DNA from: Candidatus Cybelea sp. | GTDB lineage: Bacteria > Acidobacteriota > Terriglobia > Acidiferrales > UBA7541 | NCBI GenBank assembly: GCA_035510055.1 | Contig: DATKHV010000099.1 | Coordinates: 29,826-93,825, forward strand | DNA length: 64,000 nucleotides | Direction: 5' to 3' | In this document: positions 25,287-34,753 of the stretch, piece after piece | How the letters are laid out: each line of letters opens with the position of its first letter | Numbering within the stretch: position 1 is the first letter of the stretch | Notes under the pieces: generated by a model | What the model was told of the DNA's origin: nothing | The model's database searches: none | The model's input: only the letters and a program-made list of their open reading frames with translations | Position numbers and translations under genes: made by a program

Positions 25287-27491
25287 ATGGCTTCCCAATT
25301 AACAAACGTTCCGGCGCCATTGGCTGCACCCGTTTCCCAGGCGCCTCCAGTGCATGAAGGAGCGGCACGCGCATTCTGGCGCACGCTGACGCGTTTCGAC
25401 TCGTCAAAGCTCGCTCCGTACATGGCGCTGCGCAACTCGGTCGGTGTGCTGTTGCCAGTAGCCGTGGGATTCGCGCTGAACATGCCGCGAGGCGGTGTAG
25501 TGGTGGCCAGCGGTGCCCTCAACGTCGCGTATTCCGACCGGAGCGATCCGTACGCACAGCGCGCCAAGCGCATGTTGACCTCCAGCGTCCTGTGTGCGCT
25601 GGGCGTTCTTCTCGGAGTATTGTCCGGCAGCCACAACGCCCCGGCAGTGATCATCGCGACCCTGTGGGCCTTTGCCGCGGGAATGCTCGTCGCCGCTGGC
25701 ACCACGGCTGCCGATCTCGGAGCAATCAGCTTGGTGACGCTGATGATTTATGCGGTGCAGCCGCTGACCCCCAAGCAAGCCCTGATTTCCTCGGCGCTCG
25801 CGCTTGGCGGCGGGCTTTTGCAGACGGCGCTTTCGGTGGCACTGTGGCCGGTGCGGCGCTACGAACCAGAACGGCGAGCACTCGCGACCTTCTTTCACGA
25901 ACTCGCTAGTGCGGCGAAACAGCCGGTGAACGCGACTTCGGCGCCTACGACGACGATGCATAGCACGCAAGCGCAAGAAGCCCTTTCCGGCCTCGATCTC
26001 GAAACGGGCTTAGAAGCCGTGCGCTATCGCGCTTTGCTCAGCCAAGCGGAGCGCATACGTCTTAGCCTGCTAGTGCTTTCTCGATTGCACCTGCGCATCG
26101 AACGCGAGAGTCCCCGGCATTCCGGAGTGCAGATTCTCGGCGGCTACCTAAAGAACGCCGCAGAGACTCTCGAAGCGATCGGAGACTCCCTGATTTCTGG
26201 AAGTCCCGCCGATGCGGGCAAGGAACCGCTTGCCGCGTGCGAATCTCATACGCTGCAGTTGCGGGAAAAAACGGATGGCTTGCCGCCCTCTTTCCTCGCC
26301 GCCGTGGCCAAAGACGCGCGTTTCCAAATGGATGCGCTCAACGGCCAACTGCGGGCGGCCCTGGACCTAGCCGAGAATGCCACGCCCACGGGCCAAGCTG
26401 AGTTCGCGAAGAAGGAAGCGCGACAGCCGTGGCGCATGCGCTTCGGCGGATTAATGGCGACGCTACCAGCAAACCTGAACTTGCAATCATCGGCCTTCCG
26501 TCACGCCATTCGACTGGCGGTCATGGTCGCTCTCGGCAACGCTCTGGAGCGCGCCTTCTACTGGCACCGTTCCTACTGGCTGCCGATGACGATCGTTCTG
26601 GTGCTGAAACCGGAATTCACCACGACGTTCACCCGCGGTCTTTTGCGGATTGCCGGAACGATTGCCGGACTTTTTCTGGCCACGCTGCTCTTCCACTTCC
26701 TTCCAGGAAGCGTCGCGCTCCAGATTATCTTGATCTTCGTTTTCACACTCTTACTGCGCTGGTTCGGTCCCGCCAACTACGGAATATTCGCGGTGGCCAT
26801 CAGCGCGCTGGTGGTCCTGCTGATCGCCATCACGGGAGTTTCTCCGCAGGAACTGATCTGGGCCAGGGGGATCAATACGGCGGCGGGCGGGGTGCTCGCG
26901 CTTCTAGCGTACTGGATCTGGCCGACCTGGGAACGAACTCAGGTTTCCGAGAGGATCGCGGAGATGCTGGACGCCTACCGGGAGTATCTTCACAGCTTGG
27001 CGGAGTTTTATATGCGGAACAACAACGTCGAGCCGAGCGAACTCGACCGCGTTCGGCTGAATGCGCGCCTGGCACGTACCAACCTGGAAGCATCGATCGA
27101 ACGACTGCGGGCGGAACCAGGGACTAGCGCGGAGCAGATCAATCAATTGAATGCGCTGCTGGCAAGTTCGCACCGCCTTGTGCATGCGCTGATGGTGCTG
27201 GACGCCGACGGGCTGCAAACGGCTGCGGTTCCGGCGCGGGCGGCGTTTCCCACCTTTGCGGCGCATGTGAAGAAGACGCTCGAGTTGCTTTCGGCGGCGC
27301 TAAGAGGCCAGCGCGTGCAGATTAAAGAGTTCCCGGACCTGCGCGAGGATCATCTCACACTGGTGCGCTCCGGCGATCAGATGATCGAGCGGTATGCGTT
27401 GGTCAACGTGGAAGCGGGCCGCATCGTGAACAGTTTGAATACGCTCAGCGAGCAGGTGATGGAACTCGTGCGCCCAAGACATGCAGCGTGA
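25287..27491 (+). CDS. FUSC-family (fusaric acid resistance / YccS-like) membrane protein
   Basis: About 734 aa. Two blocks of hydrophobic helices are separated by a soluble linker, with a long C-terminal helical region. Recognised by architecture only. The ATG at 25287 follows the track TTG at 25284. Confidence 0.7.
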   Translation: MASQLTNVPAPLAAPVSQAPPVHEGAARAFWRTLTRFDSSKLAPYMALRNSVGVLLPVAVGFALNMPRGGVVVASGALNVAYSDRSDPYAQRAKRMLTSSVLCALGVLLGVLSGSHNAPAVIIATLWAFAAGMLVAAGTTAADLGAISLVTLMIYAVQPLTPKQALISSALALGGGLLQTALSVALWPVRRYEPERRALATFFHELASAAKQPVNATSAPTTTMHSTQAQEALSGLDLETGLEAVRYRALLSQAERIRLSLLVLSRLHLRIERESPRHSGVQILGGYLKNAAETLEAIGDSLISGSPADAGKEPLAACESHTLQLREKTDGLPPSFLAAVAKDARFQMDALNGQLRAALDLAENATPTGQAEFAKKEARQPWRMRFGGLMATLPANLNLQSSAFRHAIRLAVMVALGNALERAFYWHRSYWLPMTIVLVLKPEFTTTFTRGLLRIAGTIAGLFLATLLFHFLPGSVALQIILIFVFTLLLRWFGPANYGIFAVAISALVVLLIAITGVSPQELIWARGINTAAGGVLALLAYWIWPTWERTQVSERIAEMLDAYREYLHSLAEFYMRNNNVEPSELDRVRLNARLARTNLEASIERLRAEPGTSAEQINQLNALLASSHRLVHALMVLDADGLQTAAVPARAAFPTFAAHVKKTLELLSAALRGQRVQIKEFPDLREDHLTLVRSGDQMIERYALVNVEAGRIVNSLNTLSEQVMELVRPRHAA

Positions 27492-27565
27492 ACGGGGCAC
27501 CGTAGGCCGCACCGCTCTTGCGATGCGGGCTGGGCTAACGAAATAGAACCAGCCGAGGCCCTAAC

Positions 27566-29065
27566 TTAGCGGTGAGCAAAGATTTCACGGGTGGCGGGGT
27601 AGACGCGACGGTAGGCCGCGTAGGAAGCAGCGAGAGTGGCGACGGCGGAGGGCTGGGGATTAACGCGGGAAGCTACGCGAACGGTGGCGGCGCAGGCGGC
27701 ATCGACCGTGGGCCACACAGCTGCGCCAACACCGGCAAGCAGTGCCGCACCGTAGGCGGCGCCTTCTTCGGCTTCGACGATTTCGACGGCATGGCCATAC
27801 ACGTCGGCCTGGATTTGGCGCCAGAGCGATGAACGCGCGCCACCGCCGCCGAGGCGGATGCTGGCGACGGGGACTTTCATTTCGCGGAAAAGAGTGAACG
27901 TGTCGCGCAGGCTGAAAGCGACGCCTTCGAGGATGGCGCGAACAATGTGGGCGCGCGTGTGCGAAGCGGTAAGGCCGACGAGCGCGCCACGAGCGCTCGA
28001 ATCGAGATGCGGAGTCCGCTCGCCCATCAGATAGGGCGTCCACAGAAGGCCATCGGAGCCGGCAGGAACTTTGGCGGCTTCAGCGGTGAGCTGGTCGTAG
28101 GATTCGCGCGTGCCACTCGAGCGGGTTAGAAAGGTGTCGCGAAACCAGCGCAGGGAGAGGCCGGCCGCCTGCGTCACTCCCATGACATGCCAGCGCCCTG
28201 GGATGGCGTGGCAGAAAGTGTGGACGCGGCCGCGAGGGTCGAGGGCGGGGCGATCGGTTGCGGCAAAAACGACGCCAGAAGTGCCGATCGTGGCGCTGAC
28301 CGTTCCAGAAGCGACGATGCCCATGCCGGTCGCGCCAGCGGCTTGATCCCCCGCTCCCGCAACAACAGGAGTGCCAGCGCGCAAACCTGATTCTTCGGCG
28401 CCTTTGGCGGAAATTTCTCCGCAAACGCTCGGAGATTCGTGGAGCGACGGAAGCCAGCGCTCATCAAGTTCGGCGGCCTGCAACATTTCCTTTGACCAGC
28501 GCCGATGGGCGACATCTAGCAGCAAAGTTCCGGAAGCATCCGCCATGTCGGTGGCGAGCTCACCGGTGAGGCGGAAGCGGACATAGTCCTTCGGAAGCAT
28601 GACCGCGCGTACGCGTTTCCAGTTCTCTGGTTCGTTCTCGCGGACCCAAAGCAGTTTTGTAAGCGTAAAGTTGGCCAGTGCCGGATTACAGGTAAGTTGG
28701 ATCAGACGCTCCTGCCCGATCTTGGCGGTGAGGTCGCGGCACTGTTTTTCCGTGCGCACGTCGCACCAGATCAAAGCGGGGCGCACGACGCTTCCTTGAA
28801 CGTCCAGCATGACTGCGCCATGCATTTGCCCGGAGAAGCCTAGGCAAGCAATATCTTCCACGCGCAGATTGGCGCCCGCGACGGCTTTCCGGACCGCCAT
28901 GCATGAAGCGCGCCACCAGTCTTCCGGTTGCTGCTCCGCCCAGCCGATTTGCGGCGTAGCGAAGGGCTGGTGTTCTTCCGTGGCGGAGGAAACGATGCGG
29001 CCCAGGCCGTCGACGATAAGCGCGCGGGTGCCTCCGGTGCCAACGTCAATCCCAAGTACGTTGAT
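27566..29065 (-). CDS. xylB: Xylulokinase (FGGY carbohydrate kinase), apparent non-canonical ATC start
   Basis: The track Met at 28900 cuts off the conserved N-terminus. My upstream in-frame translation reads I-NVLGIDVGTGGTRALIVDGLGRIVSSATEEHQPFATPQIGWAEQQPEDWWRASC-MAVRKAV, which is the FGGY phosphate-1 motif. There is no ATG/GTG/TTG between the in-frame TGA (29120-29122) and 28900. A GGAGG (29070-29074) lies 4 nt before ATC 29065. Confidence 0.8.
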   Translation of the reverse strand: MNVLGIDVGTGGTRALIVDGLGRIVSSATEEHQPFATPQIGWAEQQPEDWWRASCMAVRKAVAGANLRVEDIACLGFSGQMHGAVMLDVQGSVVRPALIWCDVRTEKQCRDLTAKIGQERLIQLTCNPALANFTLTKLLWVRENEPENWKRVRAVMLPKDYVRFRLTGELATDMADASGTLLLDVAHRRWSKEMLQAAELDERWLPSLHESPSVCGEISAKGAEESGLRAGTPVVAGAGDQAAGATGMGIVASGTVSATIGTSGVVFAATDRPALDPRGRVHTFCHAIPGRWHVMGVTQAAGLSLRWFRDTFLTRSSGTRESYDQLTAEAAKVPAGSDGLLWTPYLMGERTPHLDSSARGALVGLTASHTRAHIVRAILEGVAFSLRDTFTLFREMKVPVASIRLGGGGARSSLWRQIQADVYGHAVEIVEAEEGAAYGAALLAGVGAAVWPTVDAACAATVRVASRVNPQPSAVATLAASYAAYRRVYPATREIFAHR

Positions 29066-29114
29066 AGAGCCTCCTCGACGAAAGCGCCGCTCGCACGAGT
29101 TCTTGGAAGAGAGA

Positions 29115-30323
29115 CTATCTCACTTCGTTGGTCATGAGGAAGAGGGGACGCATTTCGAAACTGGCGTATTCGGGGCGGAGGCGGTCGGTATTGTATTGTT
29201 CCTTGACGTTGACGACCTTCTTGGTGGCGGTGACAGTTTCCAGAGGGATGTTGTCGTAGTGACCATTCTTGAGGACGACAAGGCGGCCACTAATTTTTTT
29301 CAGAAGGAGATCCAGGGCGAGATTGCCGTAGGCCATAGGAGCGATGGAGTCAATGGCATCGGGATCGCCGCAGCGGACGAGGTAGCCGAGCTTCTGGTTG
29401 ATGACATCGATTTTCTTGCCGTTGTTGAATTTAGCGGAAACGTCTTTAATTTTTTCGCCGACGATTTCGCCGATGCCGCCAAGCTTTTTGTGGCCGTAGG
29501 CGTCAGTGGCTTCCCCTTCAAAAACCATTTCGCCGCCTTCGAACATGGCCCCTTCGGAGACCAGGACGATGGAGTAGCGACTGGGATTCTTGCGGCGGTC
29601 GGCGACCAGCAGTTCAGTGAGATGTTCGATATTGAACTTGTGCTCCGGAATGACGCAGCGATTGGCGGCGCCGGCCAAGGTGGGAAGCATGGCGGTGAAA
29701 CCGGCGTAGCGGCCGAAGACTTCGATGACCATGAAGCGCTCGTGGGAGCCCGCGGAAGTGCGGAGGCTATTGACCATCTGGATGGTGCGGGTGACGCAAG
29801 TGCTGAAGCCAATACAGTAGTCGGTGCCGGGGACGTCGTTGTCCATGGTTTTCGGAATCCCAATGACTTTGAAGCCTTCCTTGTGGAGGCGAACTCCGTA
29901 ACTAAGAGTGTCATCGCCGCCGATAGGGATGAGCGTGTCGATGCCAAGCCAGGCGAGATTCTGGAGGACTTCCGGAGTCAGATCGTTTTTCTCGGCATTG
30001 AATTTGTTCTTGAGATGAGCCGGGACGCTCGATTTGGTCACGCGACCGGGATTGGTGCGGGAAGAATGGAGGAAGGTGCCGCCGGTGCGGCCGGCGCGAT
30101 CGACGATTTCTTCGTTGAGCAGGAGGAAATTATCGGAGTTGTCGTAGTTCTTCTCGCGAACCATATCGACGAGGCCGGCCCAGCCATGACGAATGCCGAT
30201 GACTTGATAACCTTCGCGGATGGCGCGAAGGGTTACACCGCGAATGGCTGGATTCAGACCCGGAACGTCGCCGCCACCCGTGAGGATGCCAATGACGCCT
30301 TTCTTGGTGTTGATGTTAGACAT
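29115..30323 (-). CDS. pfp: 6-phosphofructokinase, PPi-dependent-type signature
   Basis: 402-aa ORF. The N-terminus is GILTGGGDVPGLNPAIRG. IGGDDTLSY and GIPKTMDNDV carry Asp and Lys at the positions equivalent to E. coli PfkA G104 and G124, the pattern associated with PPi-dependence. Confidence 0.8.
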   Translation of the reverse strand: MSNINTKKGVIGILTGGGDVPGLNPAIRGVTLRAIREGYQVIGIRHGWAGLVDMVREKNYDNSDNFLLLNEEIVDRAGRTGGTFLHSSRTNPGRVTKSSVPAHLKNKFNAEKNDLTPEVLQNLAWLGIDTLIPIGGDDTLSYGVRLHKEGFKVIGIPKTMDNDVPGTDYCIGFSTCVTRTIQMVNSLRTSAGSHERFMVIEVFGRYAGFTAMLPTLAGAANRCVIPEHKFNIEHLTELLVADRRKNPSRYSIVLVSEGAMFEGGEMVFEGEATDAYGHKKLGGIGEIVGEKIKDVSAKFNNGKKIDVINQKLGYLVRCGDPDAIDSIAPMAYGNLALDLLLKKISGRLVVLKNGHYDNIPLETVTATKKVVNVKEQYNTDRLRPEYASFEMRPLFLMTNEVR

Positions 30324-30668
30324 GAGTCTAGAGTCGCCCCTTTAAGAGATGTTGAACTGGAAATTATCTCCTTTGCAGGAGTTTTTAGGAAGGGGAGAAC
30401 CCCATTCTTTTGTCGGACTCAAAGAAGCTGAAAAAATCGTTCGTTGCATCGAGAAATTGCATTCGGACTCTCAGACCGGGATTGCCGCCGACGCGCGGAG
30501 TGCACAAAGCAGAAGGGGGTAGCGAATTGCGCTTGATGGTTTCCGCTGTCGCCGGTGGATGCGCCCGAACCAGCGGACCGGCCGCCTACCCGAGTCACTC
30601 GCTTCCAAGCCCCGGCGGGGACTCAAAATTCCGAGTTTGATCAGCGACAACAACAATGAAATGTCCGG

Positions 30669-31250
30669 CTAGGCTTCGATGCGGGTACCCAGAAGGCCGA
30701 GAAACTTGGCCAGCCACTCATGGAGCGCGGGCCAGGCCGGGCCGGTAACCAGGTTTCCGTCTACCAGGGCCTCGTTCATGGGGAGATTTACGTACGTGCC
30801 GCCAGCCAGAGTAACGTCAGGCCCGGTAGCCGGATAGGCGCTGCACTTTTTCCCTCGCAAGACTCCCGCGGCGGCCAGAACTTGCGGAGCGTGACAGATC
30901 GCGGCCAAGGGCTTATTGGCTTTTGAAAAGTGGTGCACGATCTCGATGACGCGAGGAATCGTTCGGATGTACTCCGGCGCGCGCCCGCCAGGGATCATCA
31001 AGGCGTGGTACTCTTCGGGCTTGACCAGGTCGAAAGTCGCGTTAAGAACAAAATTGTGGCCGCGCTTTTCGGTATAGGTCTGATCGCCCTCGAAATCGTG
31101 GATGCAGGTAGGCACGAACTCGCCGGATTTCTTGCCCGGACAGACGGCATGAACGGTGTGGCCGACCATCTGAAGCGCCTCAAATGGAACCATCACTTCG
31201 TAGTCTTCCACGTAATCGCCGACAATCATCAGAATGGATTTCTTGGACAT
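30669..31250 (-). CDS. DJ-1/PfpI family protein
   Basis: The ATG at 31250 (MSKKSILMIVGDYVEDYEV) is preferred over the track start at 31286. The nucleophile elbow is AAICHAPQVLAAAG. Confidence 0.85.
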   Translation of the reverse strand: MSKKSILMIVGDYVEDYEVMVPFEALQMVGHTVHAVCPGKKSGEFVPTCIHDFEGDQTYTEKRGHNFVLNATFDLVKPEEYHALMIPGGRAPEYIRTIPRVIEIVHHFSKANKPLAAICHAPQVLAAAGVLRGKKCSAYPATGPDVTLAGGTYVNLPMNEALVDGNLVTGPAWPALHEWLAKFLGLLGTRIEA

Positions 31251-31348
31251 GTGCCGCCTCCCAAAGCGCTGTAGTGTAACAAACAATATAGGATGCTGAG
31301 GGAAAGTCTCGGGCTATGCCACCCCGGTTGGGTTGCCATGGCCGTTGC

Positions 31349-32509
31349 TCACGGAACAGTCAAGTCGGAATTGCCCGGGCCTGCGACTTTTTCTGGACGC
31401 GGTATTCTCTGGTCCACGGACGGCAGAATGGGAAAAGCAGCGTGCGGCTCGGTCTGGTACCAGTAAGCTACGGAATAGTAGTTGTCCGAGCGGTGATTGG
31501 CGTGACCATGTTCAATGGTCGCGCGGAGCGACTTTGTAAACGGTATTGGTGAATCCAGATGGAAACGATACACCGACGATTTTCCTCCAGCGCGTTCTTC
31601 ACCTACAATCGGAGCGCCATATAACCGATAGGAGAAGGGATGACCGCCAAAATCCCAAGCACCTAGAAAATAATCTTCGGAACCAGTGCCGTTGATGGAT
31701 GGCCGGGATTCTCCATCAACAAAAAACATGTCGTCACCTTCGCCCCACCAGCCATCTTGATTTTGCAGCACGGACATCGTGACTCCCACGAAATGCCCGC
31801 GCCCCAGCGCTTCCAGCCAGACGTAGTTGTCCTTGCCATCCAGGTTGGTCTTCTTGTCGACTTGCGGATCGTCGTTGCTCTGCCAGTCGGAGGTCCAGCC
31901 GTGGTTGGGCTGAGCCTGGCGGAACTGCGCGTGAAAGTATAGAGTTCCCGCCGGGAGAGGCTGCCCGTAAGCGCGATAGTCTAAATTAGAATAGAAGGCC
32001 CCCACCTTTTGCTGGCTCTCGTTCGAGACCGTAATACGCGCGTGCTTTTGAAAAGGCATCGGGAAAAAGCAGTTCAAGGCCTTGTCGCTGCCGACAGAAA
32101 GAAGTTCGGACTCCCACTTATGATATTCACCCAGGCCGAGGCCGAAAAAATCTCCCAAGGGCGCTTCCACGCTCGGCGCCGTTTCGCCGTCCCAATAAAT
32201 TCGCAAGACGAGTTTCTTCAAGTGATAGCTCTCGCGAGTAGCCACGGTGAACCAAATGTGCGTGAGCATTCCCGGTCCGTCGGCGTCCATCACCGTGAGT
32301 GTGCTGCCTGGCTCAATCTGGCGAAAATCGGCGTTTGCTCCGGTGGGATCCGCGCTCGAAACACGCTTGAGAACATAGTCCTGCAGCTGCGTAAGGTCGA
32401 TCTTTGAGGGCCGCGTTTGCGCAAATAGAAGTTTGGGAAGGAGACAAACAACGATAGTGAAAAAGAATCTCAGACGGGTGTGTAGCATCGGCTGTCCTCC
32501 TCTCGCCAC
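31349..32509 (-). CDS. DUF2961 (GH172-like) secreted protein
   Basis: 386-aa ORF with a signal-like N-terminus (FFFTIVVCLLPKLLFAQ). The blocks GWWGEGDDMFFVDGE and NGTGSEDYFLGAWDFG match my memory of the DUF2961 family. Confidence 0.7.
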   Translation of the reverse strand: MARGGQPMLHTRLRFFFTIVVCLLPKLLFAQTRPSKIDLTQLQDYVLKRVSSADPTGANADFRQIEPGSTLTVMDADGPGMLTHIWFTVATRESYHLKKLVLRIYWDGETAPSVEAPLGDFFGLGLGEYHKWESELLSVGSDKALNCFFPMPFQKHARITVSNESQQKVGAFYSNLDYRAYGQPLPAGTLYFHAQFRQAQPNHGWTSDWQSNDDPQVDKKTNLDGKDNYVWLEALGRGHFVGVTMSVLQNQDGWWGEGDDMFFVDGESRPSINGTGSEDYFLGAWDFGGHPFSYRLYGAPIVGEERAGGKSSVYRFHLDSPIPFTKSLRATIEHGHANHRSDNYYSVAYWYQTEPHAAFPILPSVDQRIPRPEKVAGPGNSDLTVP

Positions 32510-32593
32510 TAACCACCAAGCGATGAAGGATTTTGCCCCAAGAAAACAAACAAAGAAAGGCCGGGCTGAAGCCCGGCCTCTAGAAGACCACTT

Positions 32594-33421
32594 TTATTGG
32601 GCGTTCAGATGGGAGGCGGTAGCTGCGGAAACGTGCTCGCCAGCATCCTGGATGGTGAGCCGGTCCGTGCGCATCTTGTCCCATTCCAGCAACGTCAAGC
32701 CGTAGGACGCGAACAGCCTCCGGATGCGAGCGGAATCCCAGCGCAGGACTTTTTCCAGCACGGGGACCAGGACGCTCATGGCGTTATCGCTAAGAACTGT
32801 GCGCTTGGCGACGCGCGTTATGAACTTGGCTTCGCTCACCGCGATGGTAAGCCCGTCGTACTGATTGACGTGCATCATCACGGGAATGTCTGAGCTTCCA
32901 TCGCCCATGTAGATGATGCTGTCGTGGCTGATGCCGAGGGTCGCGCGCAGTTCTTCCAGCACGGTTATCTTTCCCCAGCCAGCCGAAGCACGAATGATGG
33001 AATCGACTTCGCCGGTGCCTTCTTTGTAACGGAAGCGCGTGCCGAAGATGTGATCCGGCGGCACGATGCCTGCCAGCGCCGATTCGATGATTTCTTGCGG
33101 CGCGGCGGAGATCACGTGGAAGTGGAACTTGCAGCCGTCCGCGAGGTTATCAAGCGCGCGCGCCAAAAGAGAGACGTCATGCTTTAGGCGTATCCGTTTG
33201 CCGGTTTCGACCAGATGCTCCCGGCGAACCTTGCGGAAGTCTGGATCGTGCAGAATCAGATAGCTGAGTTCCGCGCCCTGCTGAACGAGATTCATCTCCG
33301 ACAGGCCCCTGACCTTGTCGTGAAAGCCGTGAAAGCCGATCAATTCGCTCAGCGCGACTCCCGAGTCGTTGAAGCTAAGCGTCTGGTCAAAATCGCTGGC
33401 CAATAAAAATTGTTTGATCAT
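32594..33421 (-). CDS. HAD-superfamily hydrolase (subfamily IB-like)
   Basis: 275-aa ORF. Motif I is LASDFDQTLS (DxDxT) and motif IV is IYMGDGSSDIPVM. Confidence 0.7.
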   Translation of the reverse strand: MIKQFLLASDFDQTLSFNDSGVALSELIGFHGFHDKVRGLSEMNLVQQGAELSYLILHDPDFRKVRREHLVETGKRIRLKHDVSLLARALDNLADGCKFHFHVISAAPQEIIESALAGIVPPDHIFGTRFRYKEGTGEVDSIIRASAGWGKITVLEELRATLGISHDSIIYMGDGSSDIPVMMHVNQYDGLTIAVSEAKFITRVAKRTVLSDNAMSVLVPVLEKVLRWDSARIRRLFASYGLTLLEWDKMRTDRLTIQDAGEHVSAATASHLNAQ

Positions 33422-33756
33422 GTACTAGTACTCCTTATTGCTTTTCCCGGTGAGCCCGCCCTCAGGAAGCCCCCTCACCTCTTTGAATACACCTTAACTG
33501 CATTCCTCTCACACCGCCCCACGAATTATTTTGATGGGTGCTATGCGTTAAAAATGTGAACAACTCATTATACCTCAGTTAGATGCCGCGTAGGCGTAAA
33601 AGGCACAAAGGAAAGGAGATGGGTGTCCCGGATGGCCACAGATTCTCGCAAATTCAGTGCTATGAAGGGGATAGCGAAGGTGAACAAAAAGTGAAAATAG
33701 TGCAGAGGCTCGAACCCGACAACTCAACATCATTCCGGAAGCCCTCCGCAAACCGA

Positions 33757-34743
33757 TTACAGGCCCAGGGCGTCCATTTTCGGCTTTTCGTAGATGTCAT
33801 CCTCCCCCGGGTACCGTAGACGGTCCTCAAAGCGCCCTGTCTCCTTTGCCAGGGCCCACACCAGGCTTTCTCCGGCGGGCACAATTTGCGACTGTCTGCC
33901 GAAGATGGGGTCTTCAAACGCGAGAGAAGCATCAATCCATTGCCACCCGGCGGCTTCGAAGGCCGACATGACTTCGCTCAGCAGGAAAGCGTTCAGAGGA
34001 TTGTAATGCATCAGCAGCGTGTGACGAATGTCGTGGCCAACAACGTCGAGAGAAAGTTGGCGATAGAACGCCGCCCGATCCAGGAGATGTGCGATTAAGT
34101 AATCGCCATAAGGAGCGACAGCAGCTTTTGCCTGCTTGCCGAGCCGGTCGACGAAGCGCTGGTTGACGTACCAGTCGGAAGCATCAATCGTAACGTGTCC
34201 GACACGGTAGCCGCGCTCCTTGAGCAAAGCGCGAAAGCGATCGCGCTTGTCCGCGGTGTCGCCTTCCTTCAGGAAGGGATAACGAAATAATGCCGTGCGG
34301 TTGTGATACGGCGCGATCACTTTTTCGTTTTTCAGAAAATCGGCGGCGAAATCCTCGTAACTCGTTTGCGCGCCGTAAAATTTGTGTGAGTAGGAATGAT
34401 TGCAGATGAGGTGGCCCGCTTGATCCCAGGCGGAGAGCAATTTGGCGCCGTCGGCATCAACCACGCGCATGCCGCAAACGAACAGGGCGGCGCGGACACC
34501 TTTGTCAGAAACCGCCTGCAAAATGCGGCGATTGGCTTCCGGCCATCGCAGGATGGAGCCGAGCGAGAGCGTCGGATCATCGAAGGTCGGGGCCAGTTGG
34601 GGCCGCGGGGAACTGCTCGCAGAAGTTTTCGGCGCCGGGCCTTGTGAAAGAGCAGAGGCTCCTAAGGCCGGCGGAAGCAGTTGAGAGCCAACGGCGACCG
34701 AAGCGGTTTTTATGGCCTGGGAGAGGAATTTGCGGCGTTTCAT
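33757..34743 (-). CDS. Tat-exported polysaccharide deacetylase (CE4)
   Basis: The track ORF runs to 35052 and overlaps the upstream gene. The ATG at 34743 gives MKRRKFLSQAIKTASVAVG (twin-arginine motif RRKFL), 10 nt after the upstream stop. CE4 motifs are PTFDDP and NHSYSH. Confidence 0.75.
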   Translation of the reverse strand: MKRRKFLSQAIKTASVAVGSQLLPPALGASALSQGPAPKTSASSSPRPQLAPTFDDPTLSLGSILRWPEANRRILQAVSDKGVRAALFVCGMRVVDADGAKLLSAWDQAGHLICNHSYSHKFYGAQTSYEDFAADFLKNEKVIAPYHNRTALFRYPFLKEGDTADKRDRFRALLKERGYRVGHVTIDASDWYVNQRFVDRLGKQAKAAVAPYGDYLIAHLLDRAAFYRQLSLDVVGHDIRHTLLMHYNPLNAFLLSEVMSAFEAAGWQWIDASLAFEDPIFGRQSQIVPAGESLVWALAKETGRFEDRLRYPGEDDIYEKPKMDALGL

Positions 34744-34753
34744 GGCGATGATC

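Noticed and set aside
28809-30431. 540-aa + strand ORF spanning the xylB/pfp region
   Set aside because: It is antisense to two well-supported minus-strand genes (FGGY kinase and PFK motifs). The translation is low-complexity and Ala/Gly/Asp/Val-rich. It is a typical shadow ORF of high-GC DNA.
30324-30668. 345-bp gap upstream of pfp with a small palindrome (ctcctttgcaggag, about 30369-30382) and a repeated tcggactc word (30413 and 30463)
   Set aside because: The repeats are short and could easily arise by chance. No riboswitch-like or known operator pattern was recognised.
33701-33725. ggctcgaaccc segment resembling the complement of a tRNA T-loop (GGTTCGAGCC) in the 335-bp gap upstream of the CE4 gene end
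   Set aside because: I could not build T-stem, acceptor or anticodon arms around it on either strand. It is probably chance or at most a decayed fragment. A tRNAscan/Infernal run would settle it.
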